From NCBI GenBank assembly GCA_964016885.1, contig OZ024742.1:71300001-71364000 (forward strand): a stretch of DNA of 64,000 nucleotides. Direction: 5' to 3'. The notes below the pieces were generated by a model that worked only from the letters and a program-made list of their open reading frames with translations, ran no database searches and was not told where the DNA came from. The translations under genes and the position numbers were made by a program. Positions 31,340 to 49,534 of the stretch are shown here, piece after piece. Every line of letters begins with the position of its first letter. The stretch's first letter is position 1. The stretch is from Eledone cirrhosa (taxonomy: Eukaryota).

Positions 31340-31884
31340 TCTCGCCCAGGTGTGGCATTTTAAGGAAGCACTTGCCTTGGGTGCTTCTCTGTCTCTTGCG
31401 TCTGGTGTCTCCTATTCTGTCTGTGATCGAGGTAGGGTACCCGTTCGTCTCCAGCACCTCTAGGAATCGCTTGGTATGAGTGACACCACTCGCGGGATCG
31501 CTGCATCTGTTATTGATTCGCGCGATCTCGTTCGTGATGTATCCTCTTTTGGCACTATTAGGGAGGGCGGACTTGTAGTGAACGAACAGGTCCCTGCAGG
31601 CTGCCTTTCTGTAGAAGTTGCAGTGGATCCCTCCTTGTTCCGTGATGTTGATTCGGAAGTCGAGGAAGGCAAGTGACCCGTCTTCGTTGGGGTGTTCAAC
31701 ACTGAAGTCAATGTTCTCGTCCGTGTTGTTGAACGTCTCATAGATTCTGTTCGCCTTGTCTTGGGAAGATGTGAGGATGAGGATATTGTCCACGTATCTT
31801 GAGAAAAAGGCTACGGCGTTGGGGTGGCAGGCGTTGAGTGCCTTGCGTTCGAGGTTGTCCATGTAGGAGATCGCTAGCACACCT
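31340..31884 (-). pseudogene. Penelope-like RT/thumb fragment
   Basis: [26 protein letters not shown] motifs in ORF 31266-31880. Confidence 0.9.
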
Positions 31885-31986
31885 GTATATATATATGTAT
31901 ATGTATATGTATGTATATGTATATATATATGTATATGTATATATATGTATATGTATATGTATATATGTATATGTATATGTATATAT

Positions 31987-32018
<32 letters not shown>

Positions 32019-32207
32019 GTATATATATGTATATATATATATGTATATATATGTATATGTATATATGTATATGTATATATATATATATGTATATATATAT
32101 ATGTATATATGTATATGTATATATGTATATGTATATATGTATATATATATATATGTATATATGTATATGTATATGTATATATGTATATATATATATATGT
32201 ATATATG

Positions 32208-32238
<31 letters not shown>

Positions 32239-32273
32239 ATATGTATATGTATATATATATATATTTATATATG

Positions 32274-32332
<59 letters not shown>

Positions 32333-32371
32333 TTATATATGTATATATATATATATATATATTTATATATG

Positions 32372-32402
<31 letters not shown>

Positions 32403-32471
32403 GTATATATATATATGTATATATATGTATATATATGTATATATATATATGTATATATATGTATATATATG

Positions 32472-32502
<31 letters not shown>

Positions 32503-32553
32503 GTATATATATGTATATATATATATGTATATATATATATGTATATATATATG

Positions 32554-32586
<33 letters not shown>

Positions 32587-32615
32587 GTATATATATATAT
32601 GTATATATATATATG

Positions 32616-32697
<82 letters not shown>

Positions 32698-32733
32698 ATG
32701 TATATATATATATATATGTATATATATATAATG

Positions 32734-32789
<56 letters not shown>

Positions 32790-32830
32790 ATGTATATATA
32801 TATATATAATGTATATATATATATATAATG

Positions 32831-32864
<34 letters not shown>

Positions 32865-32886
32865 ATGTATATATATATATATAATG

Positions 32887-32920
<34 letters not shown>

Positions 32921-32923
32921 ATG

Positions 32924-33028
<105 letters not shown>

Positions 33029-33403
33029 ATGTATATATATATATGTATATATGTATATGTATATATATATATGTATGTATATATATATATGTATATATAT
33101 ATATATGTATATATATGTATATATATATATATGTATATATATGTATATGTATATGTATATATATATATATGTATATATATGTATATGTATATGTATATAT
33201 ATGTATATGTATATATATGTATATGTATATGTATATATATGTATATGTATATATATGTATATATATATATGTATATGTATATGTATATATATATGTATAT
33301 GTATATATGTATATGTATATGTATATATATATATGTATGTATGTATATATATATATATGTATATATATGTATGTATGTATATATATATATACGTATATAT
33401 ATG

Positions 33404-33434
<31 letters not shown>

Positions 33435-33751
33435 ATATATGTATATATATATATATGTATATATATGTATATATATATATATGTATGTATATGTATATAT
33501 ATATATATGTATGTATATGTATATATATATGTATGTATATATATATGTATGTATATATATGTATATGTATATATATATATATGTATGTATATGTATATAT
33601 ATATGTATGTATATATATATGTATGTATATATATATATATGTATGTATATATGTATATATATATATATATGTATGTATATGTATATGTATATATATATAT
33701 ATGTATGTATATGTATATATATATGTATGTATATATATATGTATGTATATG

Positions 33752-33788
<37 letters not shown>

Positions 33789-34049
33789 GTATGTATATGT
33801 ATATATATATGTATGTATATGTATATATATATGTATGTATATGTATATATATATATATATGTATGTATATGTATATATATATATATGTATGTATATGTAT
33901 ATATATATATATGTATGTATATGTATATATATATATGTATGTATATGTATATATATATATGTATGTATATGTATATATATATATGTATGTATATATATAT
34001 ATGTATGTATATGTATATATATATATATGTATGTATATGTATATATATG

Positions 34050-34082
<33 letters not shown>

Positions 34083-34803
34083 ATATGTATGTATATGTAT
34101 ATATATGTATGTATATGTATATATATGTATGTATATGTATATATATGTATGTATATGTATGTATATGTATATATATATATATGTATGTATATGTATATAT
34201 ATATATATGTATGTATATGTATATATATATATATGTATGTATATGTATATATATATATATGTATGTATATGTATATATATATATATGTATGTATATGTAT
34301 ATATATATATGTGTATGTATATGTATATATATATATATGTATGTATATATATATATGTATGTATATGTATATATATGTATATGTATGTATATGTATATAT
34401 ATATGTATGTATATGTATATATATATATATGTATGTATATGTACATATATATATATGTATGTATATGTATATATATATGTATGTATATGTATATATATAT
34501 GTATGTATATGTATATATATATATATGTATGTATATATATATATATATATATGTATGTATATGTATATATATATGTATGTATATGTATATATATATATGT
34601 ATGTATGTATATGTATATATATATATGTATGTATGTATATGTATATATATATATATGTATGTATATGTATATATATATATATATGTATGTATATGTATAT
34701 ATATATATATATGTATGTATATGTATATATATATATATGTATGTATATGTATATATATATATATATATATGTATGTATATATATATATATATGTATGTAT
34801 ATG

Positions 34804-34864
<61 letters not shown>

Positions 34865-34901
34865 GTATGTATATGTATATATATATATATGTATGTATAT
34901 G

Positions 34902-34934
<33 letters not shown>

Positions 34935-35008
34935 GTATGTATATGTATATATATATATATATATGTATATATATGTGTATATATATGTATATATATGTAT
35001 ATGTATGT

Positions 35009-35040
<32 letters not shown>

Positions 35041-35370
35041 GTATATATATGTATATATATATATATGTATATGTATATATATGTATATATATATATATGT
35101 ATATGTATATATATGTATATATATATATGTATATGTATATATATGTATATATATGTATATATATATATGTATATGTATGTATATGTATATATATGTATAT
35201 ATATGTATATATATATATGTATATGTATGTATATATATATATGTATATGTATGTATATGTATATACATACATGTATATGTATATATATATATATATGTAT
35301 ATGTATATGTATATATATATGTATATATATATATATATATATGTATATGTATATATATATATGTATATAT

Positions 35371-35404
<34 letters not shown>

Positions 35405-35414
35405 GTATATGTAT

Positions 35415-35634
<220 letters not shown>

Positions 35635-35635
35635 G

Positions 35636-35666
<31 letters not shown>

Positions 35667-35711
35667 GTATATATATATGTATATATGTATATATATATGT
35701 ATATATATATG

Positions 35712-35742
<31 letters not shown>

Positions 35743-35808
35743 GTATATATATATATATATGTATGTATATATATATGTATATGTATGTATATATATATAC
35801 ATATACAT

Positions 35809-36192
35809 GGAGGCACATGGCATAGTGGTTAGAGCATTGGTCTTTCAATCGAAAGGTTGTGAGTTCAATTCTCAGACCGGGTGATGTGTTGTTTCCTTGA
35901 GCAAGACACTTTATTTCACATTGCTCCAGTTTACTCAGCTGTAGAAATGAGATGATAGGGACTGAGGTCCATATCATTCCACTGCAAAGTGGTCGTGGAG
36001 GTGCCACGGCAAAAAAGCACCCACTACTCACTGCAAAGTGGTCGTGCAGGTGCCACGGCAAAAAAGCACCCAGCACTCACTGTAAATGAGGTTGGTGTTA
36101 GGAAGGGCATCCAGCTGTAGAAATCAAGCCATAATCAGTTCCCGTTCCACCCTTGCAAGCAGGGAAAAAGCGGACGTAAAATGAAATGAAAT
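35809..36192 (+). mobile_element. tRNA-derived SINE with RTE-like 3' part and (GAAAT)n tail
   Basis: A box TGGCATAGTGG, B box GAGTTCAATTC, core TCCTTGAGCAAGACACT, 3' part homologous to 17603-17755. Confidence 0.92.
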
Positions 36193-36625
36193 ATGTATAT
36201 ATATATATATATATGTATATATATGTATATATATGTATATGTATGTATATATATATGTATGTATATGTATATATATATATATGTATGTATATGTACATAT
36301 ATATATATGTATGTATATGTATATATATATGTATGTATATGTATATATATATATATGTATGTATATATATATATATATATATGTATGTATATGTATATAT
36401 ATATGTATGTATATGTATATATATATGTATGTATGTATATGTATATATATATATGTATGTATGTATATGTATATATATATATATGTATGTATATGTATAT
36501 ATATATATATATGTATGTATATGTATATATATATATATATGTATGTATATGTATATATATATATATGTATGTATATGTATATATATATATATATATATGT
36601 ATGTATATATATATATATATGTATG

Positions 36626-36694
<69 letters not shown>

Positions 36695-36731
36695 GTATGT
36701 ATATGTATATATATATATATGTATGTATATG

Positions 36732-36764
<33 letters not shown>

Positions 36765-36988
36765 GTATGTATATGTATATATATATATATATATGTATAT
36801 ATATGTGTATATATATGTATATATATGTATATGTATGTATATATATGTATATGTATATATATATATATGTATATATATGTATATATATATATATGTATAT
36901 GTATATATATGTATATATATATATATGTATATGTATATATATGTATATATATATATGTATATGTATATATATGTATATATATGTATAT

Positions 36989-37022
<34 letters not shown>

Positions 37023-37234
37023 GTATATATATGTATATATATATATGTATATGTATATATATGTATATATATGTATATATATATATGTATATGTATGTAT
37101 ATATATATATGTATATGTATGTATATGTATATACATACATGTATATATATATATATATATGTATATGTATATGTATATATATATGTATATATATATATAT
37201 ATATATGTATATGTATATATATATATGTATATAT

Positions 37235-37268
<34 letters not shown>

Positions 37269-37298
37269 ATGTATATGTATATATATATATGTATATAT

Positions 37299-37332
<34 letters not shown>

Positions 37333-37342
37333 GTATATGTAT

Positions 37343-37376
<34 letters not shown>

Positions 37377-37388
37377 GTATATGTATAT

Positions 37389-37702
37389 CATTTCATTTTA
37401 CGTCCACTTTTCCCTGCTTGCAAGGGTGGGACGGGAACTGATTCTGGCTTGATTTCTACAGCTGGATGCCCTTCCTAACACCAACCTCATTTACAGTGAG
37501 TGCTGGGTGCTTTTTTGCCGTGGCACCTCCACGAATGATAGGGATCCCAGTCCCTATAATCTCATTTCTACAGCTGAGTAAACTGGAGCAACGTGAAATA
37601 AAGTGTCTTGCTCAAGGAAACAACACATCACCCGGTCTGAGAATTGAACTCACAACCTTTCGATTGCAAAGCCAATGCTCTAACCACTAAGCCATGTGCC
37701 TC
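37389..37702 (-). mobile_element. Same SINE family, shorter variant with one fewer 3' module
   Basis: Reverse-complement homology to 35809-36192. Confidence 0.92.
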
Positions 37703-37711
37703 TATATATAT

Positions 37712-37883
<172 letters not shown>

Positions 37884-37884
37884 G

Positions 37885-37915
<31 letters not shown>

Positions 37916-37980
37916 GTATATATATATGTATATATGTATATATATATGTATATATGTATATATATATGTATATATATATG

Positions 37981-38011
<31 letters not shown>

Positions 38012-38077
38012 GTATATATATATATATATGTATGTATATATATATGTATATGTATGTATATATATATACATATACAT

Positions 38078-38461
38078 GGAGGCACATGGCATAGTGGTTA
38101 GAGCATTGGTCTTTCAATCGAAAGGTTGTGAGTTCAATTCTCAGACCGGGTGATGTGTTGTTTCCTTGAGCAAGACACTTTATTTCACATTGCTCCAGTT
38201 TACTCAGCTGTAGAAATGAGATGATAGGGACTGAGGTCCATATCATTCCACTGCAAAGTGGTCGTGGAGGTGCCACGGCAAAAAAGCACCCACTACTCAC
38301 TGCAAAGTGGTCGTGCAGGTGCCACGGCAAAAAAGCACCCAGCACTCACTGTAAATGAGGTTGGTGTTAGGAAGGGCATCCAGCTGTAGAAATCAAGCCA
38401 TAATCAGTTCCCGTTCCACCCTTGCAAGCAGGGAAAAAGCGGACGTAAAATGAAATGAAAT
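38078..38461 (+). mobile_element. SINE copy apparently identical to 35809-36192
   Basis: Same 384-bp length, sequence and 5' flank. Confidence 0.92.
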
Positions 38462-38762
38462 ATGTATATATATATATATATATGTATATATATGTATATG
38501 TATATGTATATATATGTATGTATATATATGTATATATATGTATATGTATATATATGTATGTATATGTATATATATGTATGTATATGTATATGTATGTATA
38601 TGTATGTATATATATGTATATGTATGTATGTATATATATGTATATGTATATGTATATATATGTATGTATATGTATATGTATGTATATATATGTATATGTA
38701 TGTATATATATTTATATATATATATGTATTTGTATATATATGTATGTATATATATGTATATG

Positions 38763-38795
<33 letters not shown>

Positions 38796-39233
38796 GTATA
38801 TATATGTATATGTATATATATGTATATGTATATATATGTATATATGTATATATATGTATGTATATGTATATATATGTATGTATGTATATGTATATATATG
38901 TATATATATGTATATGTATATATATGTATATATATGTATATGTATATATATGTATATGTATGTATATATATATATATATATCTATATGTATATATATGTA
39001 TATGTATATATGTATATGTATATATGTATATATGTATATATATATATATGTATATATATATGTATATGTATATATGTATATATATGTATGTATATGTATA
39101 TATATATGTATGTATATGTATATATATATGTATGTATATGTATATATATATGTATGTATATGTATATATATATGTATATGTATATATATATGTATGTATA
39201 TGTATGTATGTATATATATGTATGTATATGTAT

Positions 39234-39265
<32 letters not shown>

Positions 39266-39330
39266 GTATGTATATATATGTATATGTATATATATATATA
39301 TGTATGTATATATATGTATATATATATATA

Positions 39331-39377
<47 letters not shown>

Positions 39378-39379
<2 letters not shown>

Positions 39380-40980
39380 CCTGTAAAAGGTAGTGACCCT
39401 TCACCATCACCTCAATGGCTAAGAAGACCCAAATGGAAAAATAGAGCGGGTAGACTCCTCGAGACCCCTCGAATCCAAGACCAGGTGGGAAAAATGATCA
39501 CACATGCGGTGGGAGCAAGTATTAAAACTATTCTAAAGGGCCATGTACTTAAATTCAATAATAAAACATGCTCAAGAACAGGGAGCGGCCATCACCGTCA
39601 GAATCACTGGGGATGTGGCCAATCTGTTCATGGTATGTTGGGATAGGAGATTCAGAGAATGGTTAGCTGAGAACTCCATAGCTATAACCAGGTACTCTCG
39701 CTATTTTGATGATCTCAATATAGTTGTTAAAACTACCCCACAGGAGAGTACCCATGAACTAGAAGCTAGCACCATGGAGAGCATCCAGCAAATAGCTAAC
39801 TCGTTCCACCAGAGCATTAAAGAAACAATAGACTGCCCCACTAAGCATCCCAACCATAGACAATGAACTTTGAATGGAAACTAAGAACGATAAAGCCCAA
39901 ATACCTCACTCACATTATAGCAAACCGATTGCCTCCAAGTACTTGGTCCACCGAAACTCAGCTATGTCAGATAGTGCTAAGTTCAGCCATTAAGTTGTAG
40001 GTCCGCTATCAAGATAGCGGACCTGGAAAGAGTGATGAGAAATGTTTCCCGCATGTGCAATCCAACAGAATTAAAAAGGCACATACAACTCTTCAGCGAC
40101 TTTATGCAGTTCTCTGATCATAACCAAAGAGACAAGATCAGGGTATATAAAGGATCTATGGCTAAATTCAGAACTATTATGGAGAATGATATGAATGGGA
40201 TTTGCCCACCATACAGAAGCAAAACATGGAATAGCATAAAAAGGACGAGTAAAAAGATAGGGAAGGCCAACTCTTGGTATGACAGCCAAAAATACCAGAG
40301 TCTCATGTTTGTTGATGCTACCCATAGAGGCAAACTAGCATTTAGATAAATTGAACCTTAAAATTAAAGTAGTAGAAAAACAGGAGCTACCATAAAATCC
40401 CTGATAAGTAGGACATACCCCTTTAAGAAAACGTCCTGCACTGATAGAAACTGTAGTCTGTATGAAAAGCCCACAGATAAATGGCAAAACTAGAAATGTA
40501 ATCTATAGGATAAGAGGGACGATGCAGAAACAAGATGACATACATAAAAGAAACAGCCTGAAGCATAGGAGAGGAAGTAAAGGAAAACTGGCAAGAACTT
40601 AAGGAGGAGAAAAGCTCATCAGAACTATACCAACATGCCAAATTAGAACACGGGGGCTCAATAGATAACATAGAAATAAAGATCCTATCCACACATAGAA
40701 CTGACGCAACACTCAGACAAATTACTGAGGCCACCCACATTATAGAAAATAGACCCAGCCTGAACAGAAAACATGAGTGGAATAGTAACGGCTAACAACT
40801 TAATGACTGAAGACAGAATAAGAAAAGAGAGAAGAAAAAGATTAACAGCAAAACAGCTAACGTACCCCCCTCCCCCCACACACACAGGCATGACAAACAC
40901 AAAAACACATAGTCACACACAGATGAAAGCACAGATGCAAACACAAAACAAGAAAAACGCACCACAAAACGAAATAACGG
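39378..40980 (+). mobile_element. Decayed Penelope-like element (RT plus C-terminal GIY-YIG)
   Basis: QEQGAAI, RYFDD, IANSFHQSI, HYSKP, NVIY..TYIKET, LYQHAKLEH, LRQITEA, LNRKHEW across stops and frameshifts. Confidence 0.8.
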
Positions 40981-40984
40981 CATA

Positions 40985-41545
40985 ACAACAAAATGAAATA
41001 GAAATCTAAGTCCAGAAAAAGAAGAGGCACGCCTTGAATACTGTTGTCCTCTGTGGTCTCCCCACATATAACAAAATATTATGAATATTGAAGCACCTCA
41101 AAGATCAATCACAAAATTATAGACAGCATGACAGTCCTTGACTATTGGGGTCGATTAGAAAAGCTCATACTCAACTCTCTCCAACACTGTCGTGATTACT
41201 ACAATGTCTGCATGATGTGGAAACTATTCCATCAGCATTGCCCAAATAATGTTGGCATCATCTTTAAAATACATCTGTGCTATCCACCTACAACAAAACT
41301 CAACCTTGCATCTCATAACATTACGGCACAATTATTTCATCTCATCTGGCCCCGCTCTCTTTAACATTACACCAAAACAGATAAAAACAGAAACAGATCC
41401 CATAAAATTCAAAAGGTCTTTGGACAAATTCCCCGCACAAAATCTCAGATCAACCTCCTACACCCGGATATGTCTCTAAACAATAACTCTTTACTTGAGT
41501 GAGTCATGGTGTCTAAATTAGGATTTAACCAGATGGTACTATTAA
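40985..41545 (+). mobile_element. CR1-type LINE 3' fragment
   Basis: LEYCCPLWSP, DYWGRLEKL, GPALFNI; homologous to 48660-49230. Confidence 0.85.
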
Positions 41546-41945
41546 GTTATAGAAACTGAATTTGGAATCAAAAGGCTTATCAAACCTATCAAAGTTAGTT
41601 GTGTGTGTGTATATATGTATGTGTACATATATATAAAGTTTTTTTTTCTTTTGTGGAGCGAAAGACTCCTAGTCTTCATTAAGACATCTCTCCAGGAGAA
41701 GGTCACTCTGATATAAAACCTGCAACTTTGTTTGCATTCGATGTTTACACAGTGGGATTGGCCCCGTGCAAAGCCTTTCCTCACTTAAAAAAGCTTCAAG
41801 CACAGGCATTGCTTGATATGTGACATTTTTTGAAATGCATGGTATTGCTGGCCATAGGTAAGTCCCTAGCAGGACTAAAAAGCCATGTCTGTGATGCTCA
41901 TACTTAAGTATCAAGCATTGGCATTACTCGAAATCGAGTTGCAGC

Positions 41946-43500
41946 CATCATCATCATCATGTTCACTTTTCCATGCTTGCATGAGTTGTATGGTCCTTCT
42001 CAGCTTGGTATTTGTCCATTTATCGCATTCCTTCGTCATCTCCTCTGCCAGTCTTAGTGATTTGAGGTCCACTCTCACAATCTCTGTCCAGGTCTTTCTT
42101 GGTCGTCCTCTATTGAGCTTCCTTTCTCCGGGATTTCCTGGCATTTCTTCATCCATCAGTCATTGTCCATGTGCATGACAGCTTCTCTATCAGCTCATCC
42201 AAGCTCTGCCTTTCTCTCACATTTACATTGCACATCCAACGAAACATGGTTGTTTCATTCCTCTCCAGTCTATGCATGTCCTTTGCAGTCACAGCTCATG
42301 TTTCACTTCCATGCAGCATCACGCATCACAGCCATGCAGCCTTCTTTTGTACGTAGGGAGAAACCTTTTGTTGTCAGCAGTGGAAGCAGTTCTCTAAACT
42401 TCTTCCATCCTATCCATATTCTAGCTATTATACACTCGGCGCACCCTCCTCTGCTGCTAATTAGGTCATTATCCCACTACATCTCTTGTGTATCCAAGAT
42501 TTACATTATGTACATTGTATGGAATTTATGCCTACTCCTTTTCTGCATATTGAGTATGGCCACTTCCCTGAAGAAATCTGAGTCTTGTCATCCCTCCTAC
42601 TCATTAGCACTTTGGTTTTGGCTAAGTTTACTCTCAGGCCTTTTGAGTCCAAATTCAGTTTCTATAATCAGAATTTATTTTCTCGCTCTTTTTGGGTTTC
42701 AGCTATAAGGACTAAAATCATCTGCATAGAGAAGCTCCTATGGGCAGCCCATTTAAAACTCCTCTGTTATGACCTAAAGAACTATGATGAACAGCAGTTG
42801 GCTAAGAACTGAACTTTGATGAACACCTACCTGTACCTTGAATTCCTCACTAAACTAATATCCTACTCTCACTTTACTGACAGCTCCTCTGTACATAGCT
42901 TGCACTGCTCTCACAAGCCATTCTTCTACACCTAATCCCTTAAGGACCAGATAATAGATCAAGGTACTCTGTCAAAGGCCTCAAGCTCAACAGAAGCTAA
43001 ATATAGTGGTTTATTTTTGGCTAGGAACTTCTCTTGTAGTTGCCTCACTAAGAAGAGGGCATCTGTAGTACTTTTCCCAGGCATGAAACCAAACTGCATC
43101 TTATCTATTTTAACTCATTCCCTAATTAACTGTGCTATAACTCTGTTGGTCACTTTCATAACTTGGTCCATTAGTTTTATTCCTCTACAGTTGTTCCTTT
43201 CTAGCAGTTTATGCCCTTGTAGCAATTTATGATTGTACTGCTACGCAGTCATTGAGTATGACTATTTCATGTATTACTTGATTTACTATATGGATTACTT
43301 GATTTACTATATGGATTACTTGATTTACTATATGGATTACTTGATTTACTATATGGATTACTTGATTTACTATATGGATTACTAGTTTGATCCTACCTCT
43401 CCTGATGCTTTTAGCATCTCAAGAACTATTTTTGATGGTCCCGCAGCTTTACCACTTTTCATCTCTTTGATTGCGTCTTTGACCCCCAAAACTATCAACT
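41946..43500 (-). mobile_element. Older RTE copy with (GAT)n tail
   Basis: RGRPRKTW, QFGF, MKSGKAAGPS; many stops and frameshifts. Confidence 0.9.
43272..43383 (+). repeat. 21-bp tandem repeat x5 inside the old RTE
   Basis: ATTACTTGATTTACTATATGG unit. Confidence 0.9.
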
Positions 43501-43511
43501 TCAATAGCTTG

Positions 43512-43852
43512 TCCTTCCTTTGGGCCAAGAATTTGAAAGGAAGGCGAAAGTCTATTAAATCGACCACAGTATGTTACAGGCACTTTATTTTATTGGCCCC
43601 ATAAGGACGAAAAGCAAAGTTAATCTCAGTGGGATTTGAACTCAGAAAGTAAAGGGATGCAACTAAATAATGGTTCTTCATTTAGGCACAAGGCCAACAA
43701 TTTTTGTGCGAGGGGGAAAGTATTAAATCGACTCCAGCACGTTAATGATGCTTTATTTTATTGACTCTGTAAGAAAGAAAGGCAAAGCTAACCATGGCAG
43801 GATTTGGACTCAAAATGTAAAGAGATACAACTAAATAAAGCAAGGCATTCTG
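43512..43852 (-). mobile_element. Two tandem tRNA-derived SINE copies
   Basis: Same family as 3405-3935. Confidence 0.8.
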
Positions 43853-44418
43853 TGTATGCTTGTCATCAGTATGTGTGTGTGTGTATATATATATATAGGG
43901 AAAAAAGATAAAATTGAAAATGCAACTGGAGTCTTTTTAAGAATATTTATTTTGTTCCTTTACCAGTTTTGCAGTTCTTATGCTTTTCAAAAGTAGATTT
44001 GAGATGGAGGGTTTGTGGTTTTTCTCGCATCAGATGCTGGTCACTCTTGAGTGCTACTGGTAATATGTAACCCAGTACAACCTGTCGCTTGGTCGTTGGC
44101 GACTAAACCGGCAACCCCACCAAGTTTAATTGGTGAGGAGGGTGATCCGTTCTTTGCCAGCGAACGTTACCACGAACCAAAGTATCGTCTTCCTGTCTTC
44201 CTCCGGTTGCAACGTTTTTCGAAATATCCAGTTCTGCGTTTACAGATTGACTTTGTTAGTTTCAGAAGATTCCGTTAAGGGTGAAAGCAGCGATTCTTTG
44301 CTTAAACTTTAATCTGTTATTTTAATAAATATTTGCTCTACGGTTCTTATATATTTGATATATATTTTCCTTATCGAGCCCTCTTTGGATTTTAGTCTTC
44401 AATTTTATTATTATTACT

Positions 44419-47433
<3,015 letters not shown>

Positions 47434-49277
47434 ATCTAATTGATGAAAATGGCACTCTTCAAGACAATGCTAAAACCAATGCTAAAACCATGCTAAAGAT
47501 ACTGCAGAAACAATACTGCTCTGTTTTCAGCAACCCTGATATGGTCGATCTGGGCTGTATCGGCGATGTTACTCCCCATTACACCTTATTGGACATAACG
47601 TTTGGCGCCCCTGATGTCTTAGCGGCAATAAAGGAAATCAAGCATAATTCAGCAGTAGGTCCCGATAGGTTCCCTGCTTGTGTTTTGAAGGCGTGTCAAC
47701 ACCAACTTGCATCTCCTCTTGCCAATCTGTGGCGGAACTCACTGGATGCTGGATATGTGCCAGAAAACCTTCTATCCCAGTCTGTTGTCCCAGTTTTCAA
47801 AAAAAGAAACAAATCCCTTGCCGTGAAATACCGTCCAATCTCACTCACCTCTCATATCATTAAGGTATTTGAGAGAGTGGTGAGATCGCGAATGACTCAC
47901 TTCGTTGAGAGTAACAATATGCTGAACTCCAACCAGCATGGATTCCGTAATGGAAGGGATTGCCTGACGCAGCTACTGCATCACTTTGATGACATTTTGA
48001 GAGCCTTGGGAGAGGGTTCCAACACTGATGTTATCTACCTTGATTTCAGCAAGGCCTTTGACAGGGTTGATCACAACATTCTACTGAGAAAGCTGTCCAA
48101 TATTGGTGTCACTGGAAAGCTGCTGCAGTGGATCAAGAGCTTCCTGTCAAACAGAACCCAACATGTTGTAGTCGAAAGAGTCAAAGTCAGTAGTGGGGTC
48201 CCACAAGGCACTGTGTTGGGCCCACTTCTCTAAATCATCTATATTAATGACATCACTGACATCATCAAACACAGCAACATTAGAATTTTCGCTGATGATT
48301 CCAAGCTCCAAAAGGTCATCAATGGCGTGGATGACCGGATAAGCCTTCAGTCAAACCTACTGGCTGTTACCCAATGGGCGGAAAAGAACAACATGTTACT
48401 GAATGAAGACAAATTCGAACTGATCCACTTTGGAAAAGAGGATGCTCTGAAACTCCCGTATTCCCTTCTCTCCGGTGAAACTCTCGTGGCATCTAACAAC
48501 ATCAGAGACTTGGGAGTAACCGTGGACAGCAACATAAGCTGGACCACGCATATAAGCAGCAAAGTTGACATGGCCCGCAGAATGTGTTCCTGGATCCTGA
48601 GAACCTTCCAGTCGAGAGATTCCCACACCATTATCCTTCTCTTCTCCACTTTTGCCTGACCACACCTTCAATACTGTTGTTCACTGTGGTCTCCCCACAC
48701 GAAACAAAGTATCATGAAACTTGAAGCTCCCCAAAGGGCAATCACGAAAAAGATAGATGGCATGTCAGACCTTGACTACTGGGGTCGACTAGAAAAGCTG
48801 AAACTTTACTCACTCCAACGTCGCCGTGAGCGTTATATTATCGGCATGATGTGGAAAATGTTTCATCAGCACTGCCCAAATGATGTTGGCATAACCTTCA
48901 AAATACACCCAAAATACACCCAAAATACACCTTGGGCCCCGTGCTATCCGTCCCAAACAAAAATCTAAATCGCAACACATAACATCAATACGGCACAATT
49001 ATTTCACCTCAATTGGCCCTGCTCTCTTCAACATCACACCAGGACACGTCAAAACAAACTGACCACACGAAATTCAAGAAGTCTTTGGACAAATTCCTCC
49101 AAGTAATCCCGGACAAACCACCCACACCCGGATATGTCTCCGCAAACAGTAATTCTCTTCTCGAATGGGCCATGGTGCCCAAATCCTGAATTGAAAGACT
49201 TCGCCAGGTGGTTCTATTAAGTTAGACATGGCCTGGGCCAATACTGGCCAAAACATTTCAAAGTTATTCAAAGTTAT
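47434..49277 (+). mobile_element. 5'-truncated CR1-type LINE
   Basis: [58 protein letters not shown]; several stops; both ends lie in TA arrays. Confidence 0.92.
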
Positions 49278-49286
49278 ATATATATA

Positions 49287-49423
<137 letters not shown>

Positions 49424-49428
49424 ATATA

Positions 49429-49469
<41 letters not shown>

Positions 49470-49472
49470 ATA

Positions 49473-49503
<31 letters not shown>

Positions 49504-49534
49504 GTGTATATATATATGTGTATATATATGTGTA

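Noticed and set aside
35809-35882. tRNA gene
   Set aside because: It has A and B boxes but no proper acceptor or anticodon arm, and it continues into a SINE body.
43899-44418. Possible Penelope pseudo-LTR with a hammerhead remnant at ~43955-43995
   Set aside because: Both core motifs are mutated (TTGAAAA, AAAA); too degenerate to call.
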